Origin: Patescibacteria group bacterium
GTDB lineage: Bacteria > Patescibacteriota > Doudnabacteria > UBA920
Assembly: GCA_013387205.1 (NCBI GenBank)
Contig: WARV01000024.1
Location: 11,283-75,282, forward strand
Length of the DNA stretch: 64,000 nt
Direction: 5' to 3'
The position numbers and the translations under genes were made by a program. Shown piece after piece: positions 1 to 8,641 of the stretch. Below the pieces are notes generated by a model, which made no database searches, was not told where the DNA came from, and saw only the letters and a list, made by a program, of their open reading frames with translations. The stretch's first letter is position 1; each line of letters opens with the position of its first letter.

Positions 1-30
1 CTGACACACGTCAGCTGGCAGTCACTTAAT

Positions 31-68
31 ATCCATAAGATTCCCATCTGGATGGGAATCTTATGGAT
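31..68. repeat. Perfect palindromic hairpin (core GATGGGAATCTT), paralog at 16477-16515
   Basis: atccataagattcccatc/gatgggaatcttatggat, an 18-bp stem. It sits downstream of the rlmH stop, so it is probably a bidirectional terminator-like hairpin. Confidence 0.6.
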
Positions 69-81
69 ATTTTTATAAAGA

Positions 82-552
82 TTATTTATGATATTCTTTT
101 CCGCTTAGAATTGTGCACGCGCGGTATAATTGTTCTTCCAAAACTACTCTGGCCATATTATGAGGGAAAGTGAGAGGGGATAGGGAAACAGTGTAATTAC
201 TGTATTGCTTTAAAGATTGATGCAGGCCAATTCCGCTGCCCAAAACAAAAACAACTTCTTTGCCAAGCCCGCCAATGCGCTGTAAAAAATTAGAGAAATC
301 TTTGGAACCGCGCAGCGTTCCTTTTTCTTCAAGCAGAATAACAACCCCGTCTTGCGGCAATTGTTTGATGATTTTTTCGGCCTCCTGGAGCTTAATTTTT
401 TCCAAATCTTCATTTTTTCCGTAACCGATTTCCGGAATTTCCACAATCTTTATTTTGGCAAAAGGAGATAAGCGCTTTAAATATTCCGCTTCCAAAGCTT
501 TATAAGCCTGTTCTTTGAATTTTCCAAGCGCGATGATTTTTATTTTGAACAT
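82..552 (-). CDS. rlmH: 23S rRNA (pseudouridine1915-N3)-methyltransferase RlmH (SPOUT family)
   Basis: 156 aa. The length and the C-terminal LSPLTFPHNMARVVLEEQLYRA..HPYH motif are characteristic of RlmH/YbeA. Confidence 0.85.
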   Translation of the reverse strand: MFKIKIIALGKFKEQAYKALEAEYLKRLSPFAKIKIVEIPEIGYGKNEDLEKIKLQEAEKIIKQLPQDGVVILLEEKGTLRGSKDFSNFLQRIGGLGKEVVFVLGSGIGLHQSLKQYSNYTVSLSPLTFPHNMARVVLEEQLYRACTILSGKEYHK

Positions 553-560
553 GTAGATAT

Positions 561-662
561 ATAATCCTAATAACCCGAATTATTATCCAAATGCCCCAAA
601 TCCATCCTAATGGCCCCATTCATATTCGGGGCATTTGGATGAATTCGTAGATTCGGATTATG
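561..662. mobile_element. MITE-like palindromic repeat family A, copy 1 (ATAATCCTAATGCCCCGAAT ... ATTCGGATTATG)
   Basis: Shares terminal inverted repeats and an internal GCCCCAAA/CATTTGGAT core with copies at 3473-3562, 12538-12625 and 28076-28187. Confidence 0.75.
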
Positions 663-764
663 TAATGGTATTTACTACTTTATCATAATTCGCTAAAATA
701 TAACAGCAGAAATAAATTAAAACCAAGTACCCAAGGCCTGCCCTGCGAAGCCTTGGCGAAGCAG

Positions 765-838
765 GGGCCCGTAGTAAAGTGGCATTACGCGGCATTCGCA
801 TTGCTGAGGCGGGGGTTCGATTCCCCCCGGGTCCACCA
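765..838 (+). tRNA. tRNA-Ala (anticodon CGC)
   Basis: Cloverleaf parsed by hand. Acceptor is GGGCCCG/CGGGTCC with the G3:U70 Ala identity pair. D stem is GTAA/TTAC. Anticodon stem is CGGCA/TGCTG with loop TTCGCAT. T arm is GGGGG-TTCGATT-CCCCC. Discriminator is A, and CCA is encoded. Confidence 0.85.
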
Positions 839-841
839 AAA

Positions 842-869
842 ACCACCGAGTATTGCTCGGTGGTTTTTG
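842..869 (+). terminator. Rho-independent terminator after tRNA-Ala
   Basis: CCACCGAG-tattg-CTCGGTGG hairpin followed by TTTTTG. Confidence 0.75.
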
Positions 870-962
870 TATTTGATGATATAATTTAAGCAAACATTTT
901 GAATTATCGTACTCTTATTCGCGCGAATATGCGCATGGTGACATTATCACGAGGCTAAGATT

Positions 963-1199
963 ATGTTTTACTTTTATATTTTAAAATGCAAAGATGGGAC
1001 GCTTTATAGCGGGATTACGAACGATTTGGAAAAAAGGGGAAAGGCGCATAATGCCGGCAAAGGATCCAAATATGTCTGGGCGCACGGCGGGGGAAAAATG
1101 GTTTACAGCGAAAGGTTCCGCTCAAAATCCAAAGCCTTAAAACGGGAAGCTCAAGTGAAAAAAATTTCGCGGGCAGAAAAACTCAAGCTGATAAAATAA
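963..1199 (+). CDS. GIY-YIG nuclease family small protein
   Basis: 78 aa, MFYFYILKCKDGTLYSGITNDLEKRGKAHN..: the GIY...YIG motifs and conserved R/E of UPF0213-like GIY-YIG proteins. Confidence 0.85.
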   Translation: MFYFYILKCKDGTLYSGITNDLEKRGKAHNAGKGSKYVWAHGGGKMVYSERFRSKSKALKREAQVKKISRAEKLKLIK

Positions 1200-1200
1200 A

Positions 1201-1240
1201 ACTACACTTTTTCACGGCCGTGAAAAAGTGTAGTTTTATT
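1201..1240. terminator. Bidirectional terminator hairpin
   Basis: ACTACACTTTTTCACGG/CCGTGAAAAAGTGTAGT perfect stem followed by TTTTATT. It lies between the convergent GIY-YIG and DedA genes. Confidence 0.7.
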
Positions 1241-1247
1241 ATTGATA

Positions 1248-1817
1248 TCACAAAGTTTTCTTGAGGTGCTTGGCAGCCAGTATTTCTATTGTAATAATAA
1301 CGCCCACGAAAATTAAAATAAAAAATTCCGCGTACTTGAAATAGTGCTTTAATAAAACATAAGAAGCACTAAACGCAAACCCAAAAAATCCGATAATTAC
1401 CATCCAAATCAGCACCACCCACAGGGCTGTTTTTAAATATTGCCTAAAGGGAACCTTAAGCATCCCGGCCCTGGCCAAAATAGCACGATGCAAGCCGTAA
1501 ACAAATTTAGAAACCATGAGCGTGCGGAACAATTTTTCAAAAAAATGCCTGTCTAAAATTCCAACAGCATTATTGGTAAATCGGGAAATTTTCTTAAACC
1601 TGTTTATGTTTAAGCCAATCCAATACCACAGCAATTCTTCCAAATACGCGCCGCTTAAAACGGCAAAAAATGCAGGAGCGAAACTTAAAGTTCCCTGGGA
1701 AACCAAAAAACAGGCGGTTAAAAGCGTTAAAGTGGCCTCGAAAAACATCCCCAAAAAAAGCGAAAGATAAAGCCAGGCTCTAACATCCTGATTTTTAAGA
1801 ATTTCAAAAAAATCCAT
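1248..1817 (-). CDS. DedA/VTT-domain (SNARE-associated) family membrane protein
   Basis: 189 aa, multi-pass hydrophobic, with DedA-like motifs (..GAYLEELLWYWIG..; F..K..R.....A.....R). Confidence 0.6.
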   Translation of the reverse strand: MDFFEILKNQDVRAWLYLSLFLGMFFEATLTLLTACFLVSQGTLSFAPAFFAVLSGAYLEELLWYWIGLNINRFKKISRFTNNAVGILDRHFFEKLFRTLMVSKFVYGLHRAILARAGMLKVPFRQYLKTALWVVLIWMVIIGFFGFAFSASYVLLKHYFKYAEFFILIFVGVIITIEILAAKHLKKTL

Positions 1818-1843
1818 AGGTAACTATATTATAGCAAAATAAA

Positions 1844-1937
1844 CCCCGCTCTTTCTTAAAGTGGATAATCCACCGCTATCCATCAATTAATGTTTGACGA
1901 ATAGGCAGCGAATTATCTATATGAAGAAAGGGCGGGG
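1844..1937. repeat. Inverted-repeat element (CCCCGCTCTTTCT ... AGAAAGGGCGGGG) flanking the HTH-murA 3' side
   Basis: Arms at 1844-1856 and 1925-1937. A paralogous arm pair lies at 3654-3667 / 3737-3749, on the other flank of the same gene. Confidence 0.6.
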
Positions 1938-1945
1938 CAGTCCTT

Positions 1946-3469
1946 TTAAAAGCTATGGAGATTTTCTATCTTGGCTCCCAGCTTTTTCAGGCGGTTCACC
2001 AAGTCTTCGTAGCCGCGATTTATGGAATAGACATTGCGCAAAACTGACGTACCTTTGGCTGCCAGCATGGCAATTAAAATTATGGCTGCCGGCCGCAAAG
2101 CCGGAGGACAAATAATTTCTGCTGGTTTAAATTCGCTGGGGCCTTCCACAAAAACCCTGTGGGGATCGGCCAAAATAATATTGGCGCGAAGCTTGGTTAA
2201 TTCCATATAATAGATAGCCCGATTTTCATAAACCCAGTCATGGATTAAAGTGGTGCCCGTGGCTTTGGCGGCAATCGGCACGAAGAAGGGAAGGTTGTCT
2301 ATGTTCAAACCGGGGTAGGGCAGGGGATGGATTTTTTCCTCTAAGGCCAAAAGGCGCGATGGATAAGTTTTTATATCGGCCAAGTTTACGTGCCCGTTCA
2401 AGCCTTTGTATTTTTTCAAAATTTTATATTTAAAACCCATCTTTTCCAGTTTCAACAATTCCACTTCCAAAAAATATATCGGGCATCTTTCAATAGTAAT
2501 AGAAGAATCGGTAGTGGCGGCCAAAGACAAAAATAACATTGACTCAATCGGGTCTTCGCTCAAATAGTAACTGGTCGGATGGTTGATATCAGGCTTGCCG
2601 TACACAGTCAGTGTAGACGTGCCAATGCCTTCGATTTTTACGCCTAAGGCAGAAAGGAAATGGCACAAATCCTGTACCATGTAATTTGAAGAGGCAAACT
2701 TGATAACTGTCTTGCCGGGAATTTTACTGGCAGCCATAAGCGCGTTTTCCGTAACCGTATCGCCCATTTCATAAAGCGGGATTTCCGCAGCAGATAATTT
2801 TTCCACACTGACTTCATAATGGTCGTGGGTGGTGTTTATTTTAACTCCCAAATTTTCCAAAGCGAACAAGTGCGGACGCACGGTCCTGGCACCAAGTTTG
2901 CATCCGCCGGCCAAAGGCAGGGAAAAACGCTTAAATAAATGGATTAGCGGGCCAAGAAGCATGAGCACGCTCCTGGTCTTAACCGCTGCTTCAGCATCAA
3001 GCCTGCTTAAATCAAGTTTTTTTGGAGGATTCAACTCCAAATCCGGACCAACCCATTTTATGGCCACCCCTATACTGGTTAGCACTTCCACCAGGCGATG
3101 AACTTCTTCTATGCGAGGCACATTTTTTAAGGTGGTTTTTCCGGAATTAAGCAAGGAAGCGCAAAGTAAAGCCACAGCCGCGTTCTTGGATGTGTTAGTA
3201 GTGACTTTTCCGGACAATTTATGGCCGCCCTGAATTCTAAAGTTCACAGACTGGTCAGCCAAAGTGATAATTTCACGGTTTAAGACGCTGGAGATTTTAC
3301 TAAGCATCTCTGTGCTGAAGTTCTGCTGGCCTTTTTCCATCCTGGCCACTGCGCTTTGCGAAGTTTTCAAGGCTTTGGCGAATTCACCCTGGGTTAAGCC
3401 TTTTAACTCTCTTAACTCCGAAATGAATTTTCCTATTTTTTGCTGTTCTTGGATTGAATTATTTTTCAT
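1946..3469 (-). CDS. murA: UDP-N-acetylglucosamine 1-carboxyvinyltransferase (MurA) with an N-terminal XRE-type helix-turn-helix domain fused
   Basis: 507 aa. Residues 1-70 are a Cro/C1-type HTH (IGKFISELRELKGLTQGEFAKAL..SQSAVARMEKGQ). The rest is full-length MurA (FRIQGGHKLSGKVTTNTSKNAAVALL..). Confidence 0.85.
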   Translation of the reverse strand: MKNNSIQEQQKIGKFISELRELKGLTQGEFAKALKTSQSAVARMEKGQQNFSTEMLSKISSVLNREIITLADQSVNFRIQGGHKLSGKVTTNTSKNAAVALLCASLLNSGKTTLKNVPRIEEVHRLVEVLTSIGVAIKWVGPDLELNPPKKLDLSRLDAEAAVKTRSVLMLLGPLIHLFKRFSLPLAGGCKLGARTVRPHLFALENLGVKINTTHDHYEVSVEKLSAAEIPLYEMGDTVTENALMAASKIPGKTVIKFASSNYMVQDLCHFLSALGVKIEGIGTSTLTVYGKPDINHPTSYYLSEDPIESMLFLSLAATTDSSITIERCPIYFLEVELLKLEKMGFKYKILKKYKGLNGHVNLADIKTYPSRLLALEEKIHPLPYPGLNIDNLPFFVPIAAKATGTTLIHDWVYENRAIYYMELTKLRANIILADPHRVFVEGPSEFKPAEIICPPALRPAAIILIAMLAAKGTSVLRNVYSINRGYEDLVNRLKKLGAKIENLHSF

Positions 3470-3472
3470 TTT

Positions 3473-3562
3473 ATAATCCTAATGCCCCGAATTTTTATCC
3501 GAATGCCCCAAATGAGTCCTGTTTCGGGTCATTTGGATAGGATTCGGATAATTCGAATTATG
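3473..3562. mobile_element. MITE-like repeat family A, copy 2
   Basis: ATAATCCTAATGCCCCGAATTTTTATCCGAATGCCCCAAA...TTTCGGGTCATTTGGATAGGATTCGGATAATTCGAATTATG. Confidence 0.75.
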
Positions 3563-3653
3563 TTTATATCACATATGAGATAACAATAATAATTTACCAA
3601 TTCCAGCAGCTTTGGTCAATACAATAATCCACAATTTATATCATATATGACAA

Positions 3654-3800
3654 ATCCCGCTCTTTCTCCTTCTAAAAAAACAACAAAGAAACATGCATTG
3701 CTTTAATCAGCGCGGTAAAAAAATATTTACAATGAAAGAAAGGGCGGGATGACAAAACCCCGCCCTGAGCAAACCCGAATGGGTTGAAGGGCGGGGGTAG
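3654..3800. repeat. Inverted-repeat element (TCCCGCTCTTTCT ... AGAAAGGGCGGGA, plus extra GGGCGGG arms) flanking the HTH-murA 5' side
   Basis: Paralog of 1844-1937. Additional AAAACCCCGCCCTGAGC and GAAGGGCGGGGG arms lie downstream. Confidence 0.55.
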
Positions 3801-3826
3801 TAAAACCTTAAGTTAAATTGGTGTGT

Positions 3827-4051
3827 TTAGAAATGCAAAATTTTATCAAACCAATTTTCCAAATAATGTGTTTGCAAATTGGTATAATAAATAACCAACA
3901 CACCTGCCAAATATATTACATTTAAAGCCAATACCCTAAGCAGGTCATGCTTAATTACGCGGTATTCCGCGGCATGGTTTAAATACGCATTGGATGTTTT
4001 TTCCGGACTGCCGGATGAAATTTGCTGTTGTTTCTTGTGCTTTTTGCTCAT
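3827..4051 (-). CDS. Hypothetical small protein, one predicted TM helix
   Basis: 74 aa with a basic N-terminus and hydrophobic core. It occupies the position where rpsE would normally follow rplR. Confidence 0.4.
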   Translation of the reverse strand: MSKKHKKQQQISSGSPEKTSNAYLNHAAEYRVIKHDLLRVLALNVIYLAGVLVIYYTNLQTHYLENWFDKILHF

Positions 4052-4172
4052 ATACGAATTTATTGATACTAATATACGAATTAATGCTAATGATACTAAT
4101 GGCTACTAATGCGTACTAAGAAAGAATTAGTTATACATTCGTTTCATTAGTATTCATTGGTAGATTGGTATC
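4052..4172. mobile_element. MITE-like repeat family H, copy 1 (ACGAATT...CTAATGCGTACTAAG...ATTAGT...)
   Basis: Paralogs at 28445-28568 and 47916-48039 share a near-identical AATGCGTACTAAGA(A/G)AGAATTAGTT core. It fills the whole rplR-downstream spacer. Confidence 0.7.
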
Positions 4173-4179
4173 TTTATTG

Positions 4180-4536
4180 TTAAAACTTAAGTCCGCCTTC
4201 CCTGGCCCCTTCAGCCAAAGCTTTTACCCGGCCATGGTACGCGTATCCGCCGCGGTCAAAAACTACGGTTTCAACGCTTTTCTCTTTGGCTTTTTTGGCA
4301 ACCAGCTTGCCGACTTCGGAAGCAATCTCCGACTTTTTGGCTTTGGATTTAATCTCCATGCTGGAAGCGGCTGCTAAAGTCTTACCGCTCTGGTCGTCGA
4401 TCACCTGGGCATAAATATGGCTGTTGGCCCTAAAAACCGATAATCTCGGCCTCTGGCTGGTGCCGCTAACTATACTGCGGACCCTGGCGTGCCTTCTGGT
4501 TCTTTTAATAATTTTGGCTGCGTTGGAATTTTTCAT
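4180..4536 (-). CDS. rplR: 50S ribosomal protein L18
   Basis: 118 aa, [43 protein letters not shown]. Confidence 0.95.
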   Translation of the reverse strand: MKNSNAAKIIKRTRRHARVRSIVSGTSQRPRLSVFRANSHIYAQVIDDQSGKTLAAASSMEIKSKAKKSEIASEVGKLVAKKAKEKSVETVVFDRGGYAYHGRVKALAEGAREGGLKF

Positions 4537-4568
4537 ATCCTATTATCTTTAAAACTAAATTCTTAAAA

Positions 4569-5123
4569 TTATTTGCCGCCTCCGACGACCTTAACAACCT
4601 TACCGGCTTTCCTGACAATGGTTTCATCCGCGTACTTGATGCCTTTGCCTTTGTAAGGTTCCGGCTTCTTGAGTTCCCTGATTTCTGCCGCAAACTGCCC
4701 GACTCTCTGCTTGTCCGCGCCGCTGACAGTAATAACGTTCTTATCTACCGCAACCGTTAGGTCTTTCGGCACCAAAACTTCCACCGGATGGGAAAAACCC
4801 AGGCTCATGGTCAACTTGCCGGCAGCTGCCGCAACCTTGAATCCTACGCCATTGACTTCCAATTTCTTTTCGTAACCTTTGGTAACGCCTTCGATTAAGT
4901 TAAAAATCAAGGACCTGAACAAGCCCCACAAGGCTTTTTCTTTCTTATCGTCCTTCTTTTTTACGTCCACCAAAATTTCTTTTTCCGAAACAGCAACTTC
5001 AACCTTAGGATGGATAAGCAAAGACAAGGAGCCCTTAGGCCCGGTAACGTTCAAAGACGAATCTTTCTTTTCGACTTTGACCCCGGATGGGATGATTACT
5101 GGTTTTTTTCCTATGCGTGACAT
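4569..5123 (-). CDS. rplF: 50S ribosomal protein L6
   Basis: 184 aa, MSRIGKKPVIIPSGVKV. Confidence 0.95.
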   Translation of the reverse strand: MSRIGKKPVIIPSGVKVEKKDSSLNVTGPKGSLSLLIHPKVEVAVSEKEILVDVKKKDDKKEKALWGLFRSLIFNLIEGVTKGYEKKLEVNGVGFKVAAAAGKLTMSLGFSHPVEVLVPKDLTVAVDKNVITVSGADKQRVGQFAAEIRELKKPEPYKGKGIKYADETIVRKAGKVVKVVGGGK

Positions 5124-5192
5124 ATTATTTCAAATACTTATATTAATCCTTAAACTTTATACTTGGTTTAAATAATGATAATTCCGCTGATT

Positions 5193-5298
5193 TCTCGCGG
5201 ATTACTACGCCCCAAAGGGGCCACTCTGTGGCGGATCTCACGCTGATATAATCTTTCCGCGTGTTATCTGCGTTGCTATCTGCGTCCGTTCCGCGGTT
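5193..5298. repeat. Dispersed repeat family G (CGCCCCAAAGGGGCCAC..GTGGCGG plus CTGCGTTGCTATCTGCG modules) in the rpsH-rplF spacer
   Basis: Reverse-complement paralogs at 18258-18290 and 19858-19915. The CTGCGTTGCTATC(C/T)GCG module recurs at 50690-50720. Confidence 0.65.
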
Positions 5299-5691
5299 CT
5301 ACCAGACCTGGCAAACAACTTCGCCGCCAACCCGCTCTTTCCTGGCCTGTTTGTCAGTCAACAACCCCTTGGGAGTGGAAACGACGGTGATGCCGAATCC
5401 GCTATTAGTCCTCGGGAGTTTTTCCATCGACAGATAGATTCTTTGTCCTGGCTTGCTGACTCTCTTTATTCCGGCAATTACCGGCTCTCCGTCAGATCCG
5501 TATTTAAGTTTTATCTGCAGCATCTTAAAGCGGCCTGTCAGTTCCGAGCAGGTGGAAATAAACCCTTCTTTTTCCAGAAGCTTGGCCAGGTTAGCCTTAA
5601 ACTTGGAATAAGGTAAAACCAGCTCTGCCTTGCGGGCACCGCTTGCGTTTCTTATTCTGGTTAACATGTCGGCTATTGGATCGGTATACAT
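5299..5691 (-). CDS. rpsH: 30S ribosomal protein S8
   Basis: MYTDPIADMLTRIRNA. The ATG at 5691 gives the canonical 130 aa. The longer ORF reaching 5730 starts with TTG. Confidence 0.9.
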   Translation of the reverse strand: MYTDPIADMLTRIRNASGARKAELVLPYSKFKANLAKLLEKEGFISTCSELTGRFKMLQIKLKYGSDGEPVIAGIKRVSKPGQRIYLSMEKLPRTNSGFGITVVSTPKGLLTDKQARKERVGGEVVCQVW

Positions 5692-5804
5692 AACATTGAT
5701 AATTTGCAGTTTCCAATTTTCAATTTTCAAACTCTTTATTCTATTGAAAATTGATTAATTGAAAATTCCTTGTAAATTGTAAATTGCTAATTGAAAATTA
5801 ATTA

Positions 5805-5999
5805 TTACCAGCTTGCTTTCACCACGCCCGGGATTTCTCCCTTGCTGGCCAGCTCCCTGAAGCAAATCCTGCAGAGGTCAAAATCCCTCATGTAAGCTGC
5901 TTTTCTTCCGCATTTCCAGCAACGCCTGATAACTCTGGTTGAGAATTTGGGCTTTATCCTGCTTCTTTTAGCTTTTGCGATATGTGCTTGTGTCGCCAT
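5805..5999 (-). CDS. rpsZ: 30S ribosomal protein S14, type Z (zinc-binding)
   Basis: [38 protein letters not shown]. The internal Met start gives about 64 aa. Confidence 0.85.
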   Translation of the reverse strand: MATQAHIAKAKRSRIKPKFSTRVIRRCWKCGRKAAYMRDFDLCRICFRELASKGEIPGVVKASW

Positions 6000-6082
6000 A
6001 AATCTATCAAATCTCAAGATCCAAAATTCAAAATCCAAATTGGAAATACAACACTGGTTCTTGGATTTTGGTTCTTTAAATA

Positions 6083-6622
6083 TTATTTCTTAAATGGGAA
6101 ACTCATTAAACTTAATAATTCTTTTGCCTCTTCGTCCGTCTTAGCCGTAGTAACTATAGATACTTCGAGGCCGAAAATATTTTCAAGGGCAGCAGCCGAA
6201 ACTTCCGGAAAAACCAATTGCTCCTTAAGCCCTAAATGGTAATTGCCGCGTCCGTCAAAACCTTTAACCGAAACTCCCTGGAAATCGCGGACCCTGGGCA
6301 AAGCAACGTTAATCAGCTTATCCAAAAAACTGTACATCCTGTAGCCTCTTAACGTGGTCATGACTCCGACAACCTGGTTCTCGCGGACTTTAAAACCAGA
6401 AATGGATTTGCGGGCCAAAGTCTTAACCGGAGCCTGTCCGGTAATGTTGGTCAAATCGGCAGCAATCGCGTCAATCTTCTTTTTATCTTCCTTAAACTTC
6501 CCGACTCCGGCGCTGACAACCACTTTTATAATTTTCGGCACCTGCATGATGTTGGAGTATTTAAATCTGGTTTTTAAGGCAGGGATTATATTCTTATTAT
6601 ATTGTTCTTGTAATCGTTCCAT
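6083..6622 (-). CDS. rplE: 50S ribosomal protein L5
   Basis: 179 aa, L5 signature. Confidence 0.95.
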   Translation of the reverse strand: MERLQEQYNKNIIPALKTRFKYSNIMQVPKIIKVVVSAGVGKFKEDKKKIDAIAADLTNITGQAPVKTLARKSISGFKVRENQVVGVMTTLRGYRMYSFLDKLINVALPRVRDFQGVSVKGFDGRGNYHLGLKEQLVFPEVSAAALENIFGLEVSIVTTAKTDEEAKELLSLMSFPFKK

Positions 6623-6707
6623 AAAATTAGCTTTTAGTTGATAGCTGATAGCTTTTAGGCCTTAATAATTTTATCCTAATGCCTATAAGCTATCAGCTAA
6701 TACCTAG

Positions 6708-7025
6708 TTATACTGCTTTTCCGCTGGCTTTGGCTACTCTTTGCTTGTTGCCGTTTTCCAAATACTTGTATCCAACTCTGGTGGTCTGCCCGGAATTACT
6801 GTCAACCAGCATTACTTTGGAAATGGGCAGTCCGGCTGGAAAAACAACCTTTTTGCCCGGCTGGCCGGCTTGGCGGCTTTTCTCAAACTTGGTGTGCAAG
6901 TTGATATTTTCCACCACTAACCTTGCGGCTTTGGGTAAGACAGACAAAACTTTGCCGGTCTTGCCTTTGTCTTTGCCAGAAATAACCTTAACCGTATCGC
7001 CTTTTTTAATCTTAAATTTAATCAT
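6708..7025 (-). CDS. rplX: 50S ribosomal protein L24
   Basis: 105 aa, KIKKGDTVKVISGKDKGKTGKVL (KOW). Confidence 0.95.
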   Translation of the reverse strand: MIKFKIKKGDTVKVISGKDKGKTGKVLSVLPKAARLVVENINLHTKFEKSRQAGQPGKKVVFPAGLPISKVMLVDSNSGQTTRVGYKYLENGNKQRVAKASGKAV

Positions 7026-7049
7026 ATATTTACTAAATACTAATTTTGC

Positions 7050-7442
7050 CTAAATTACTTCTGGTGCTAATGAAATTATTTTCTTATAGCCGTCTTCAAA
7101 TTCTCCCAGTGCTTTTTCGCGGATTTCCCTTGGGATAGGGCCGAAAATACGGGTGCCTTTCGGTTCGCCGGATTCCTTGTTCACCAAAACGCCGGCATTC
7201 TCGTCAAAACGGATATAGGAACCGTCGGCTCTCCTGGTCTCTTTGCGGGTGCGGACAATAACCGCGTAAACCTTGTCGCCTTTTTTGACCGAGGAGTTGG
7301 GCGCGGCCTGTTTGACTGACCCGGCCACAATGTCGCCTATGCGGGCATACCTGTTGCTGTTCTTGCCGTTAACGCTGAACACGTTGACTATTTTCGCGCC
7401 GGTATTATCTGCTATTTTTATCCAGGAACGTACTTGTAACAT
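7050..7442 (-). CDS. rplN: 50S ribosomal protein L14 (with short C-terminal extension)
   Basis: [17 protein letters not shown].. I placed the start at the internal Met; the ORF extends to 7502. Confidence 0.85.
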   Translation of the reverse strand: MLQVRSWIKIADNTGAKIVNVFSVNGKNSNRYARIGDIVAGSVKQAAPNSSVKKGDKVYAVIVRTRKETRRADGSYIRFDENAGVLVNKESGEPKGTRIFGPIPREIREKALGEFEDGYKKIISLAPEVI

Positions 7443-7521
7443 AGAATTGATTAAATATTTCGGATTTCGGATTGCGGTCCGCCAGCCGGCGGAAATCCGC
7501 AACGCGCAATTCGTATTTGAA

Positions 7522-7767
7522 TTAAATCTTTTTCAAAACTTTAAACTTCTTCTCTTTAGACATGGGGCGGATTGATTCCATAACCACCTTATCGCCTACA
7601 TGATACTCGTTATTTTCATCATGGGCCTTATACTTCTTGGTGATGGTATAAGCCTTCTTGTATTTGGGATGGCGTTTCCTGACATCGACTTTGACAACGA
7701 CTGTCTTGGTCATTTTATCCGAAACCACCATGCCGGTTATTTGCTGCTTTTTTGGTGCTGTATTCAT
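7522..7767 (-). CDS. rpsQ: 30S ribosomal protein S17
   Basis: 81 aa, [27 protein letters not shown]. Confidence 0.9.
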   Translation of the reverse strand: MNTAPKKQQITGMVVSDKMTKTVVVKVDVRKRHPKYKKAYTITKKYKAHDENNEYHVGDKVVMESIRPMSKEKKFKVLKKI

Positions 7768-7772
7768 AAACT

Positions 7773-7958
7773 TTAGGCTTTTTGCTTAAGATAAGTTAAT
7801 ATTCTGGCAATATCTTTTTTAATAGCGCCAATCTTGTGCGTGTTCTTAAGCTGGTTTAAGCGCATCTTTACGGACATATCCTGGTATTCCTGCTGTAGTT
7901 CTTCCAGCAAATTGCGGATTTCGGCGTCGGTTTTGGCTTTTAATTCTTTAAACTTCAT
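7773..7958 (-). CDS. rpmC: 50S ribosomal protein L29
   Basis: 61 aa, MKFKELKAKTDAEIRNLLEEL. Confidence 0.9.
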   Translation of the reverse strand: MKFKELKAKTDAEIRNLLEELQQEYQDMSVKMRLNQLKNTHKIGAIKKDIARILTYLKQKA

Positions 7959-7960
7959 AG

Positions 7961-8090
7961 ATTTACTTCGTAAATTTTCTACTAAATACTAATTGATACT
8001 AAATGTACTAAATCTTATCCGAGTATACTTAATTGATATCACCGCTGGTATATAGCTTTAGTATATTTCGTATATTTTAGTATTTAGTAG
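7961..8090. mobile_element. MITE-like repeat family B, copy 1 (..CTACTAAATACTAA ... TTAGTATTTAGTAG)
   Basis: Terminal IRs plus a shared 5' leader AGATTTACTTCGTAAATTTTCTACTAAATAC that is identical to copy 3 at 22847. It fills the rpmC-rplP spacer and abuts the L29 start codon. Confidence 0.75.
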
Positions 8091-8095
8091 AGATG

Positions 8096-8506
8096 TTATT
8101 TCTCTTTTATTAAAAACTTGCTCTTTACCGGAAGCTTGTAGCTGGCAAGCCTCATGGCTTCCCTGGCCTGGGCTTCGGTCACGCCGTCCATCTCGAACAT
8201 TATCTTTCCTCTCTTAACAACAGAAACAAAGTGGTCCACAGCGCCTTTTCCGCCTCCCATGGGAGATTCGTTTCCGTGCACGGTCACTGGCTTGTCGGCA
8301 AATACCCTAATCCAAATTTTTCCGCCGCGCTGCACGTATCTGGTCATGGCGCGCCTGGCTGCTTCAATCTGCCTGGCGGTAACCCAGGAGCCTTCCATGG
8401 CTTTTAAGGCGAACCTGCCGAAAGATATTGTTTCTCCGGCAGTGGCCTTGCCCCAGGTGTCTCCCCTATGGTGTTTGCGGTGTTTTAACTTCTTTGGAAT
8501 AAACAT
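8096..8506 (-). CDS. rplP: 50S ribosomal protein L16
   Basis: 136 aa. Confidence 0.95.
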   Translation of the reverse strand: MFIPKKLKHRKHHRGDTWGKATAGETISFGRFALKAMEGSWVTARQIEAARRAMTRYVQRGGKIWIRVFADKPVTVHGNESPMGGGKGAVDHFVSVVKRGKIMFEMDGVTEAQAREAMRLASYKLPVKSKFLIKEK

Positions 8507-8509
8507 GAT

Positions 8510-8640
8510 AGTAAAATTATTCTAATTATTCTAATTATTCTAATTGACCTAAGTAATGTCTAATAATCTAATGCTTTGGGAATTGGGATTTGTTTAGAAT
8601 AATTAGGTTAATTAGGAATTAGGTTAATTTACAAACTCTG
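8510..8640. repeat. Palindromic spacer element (TTCTAATTATTCTAATT... / ...AATTAGGTTAATTAGGAATTAGG)
   Basis: Tandem TTCTAATTA units on the left mirror AATTAGG units on the right. It fills the rpsC-rplP spacer. Confidence 0.55.
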
Positions 8641-8641
8641 G

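Noticed and set aside
658-846. 62-aa ORF overlapping tRNA-Ala. Similar ORFs at 34139-34378 (+) and 34145-34357 (-) overlap tRNA-Leu.
   Set aside because: They coincide with well-formed tRNA cloverleaves and are spurious.
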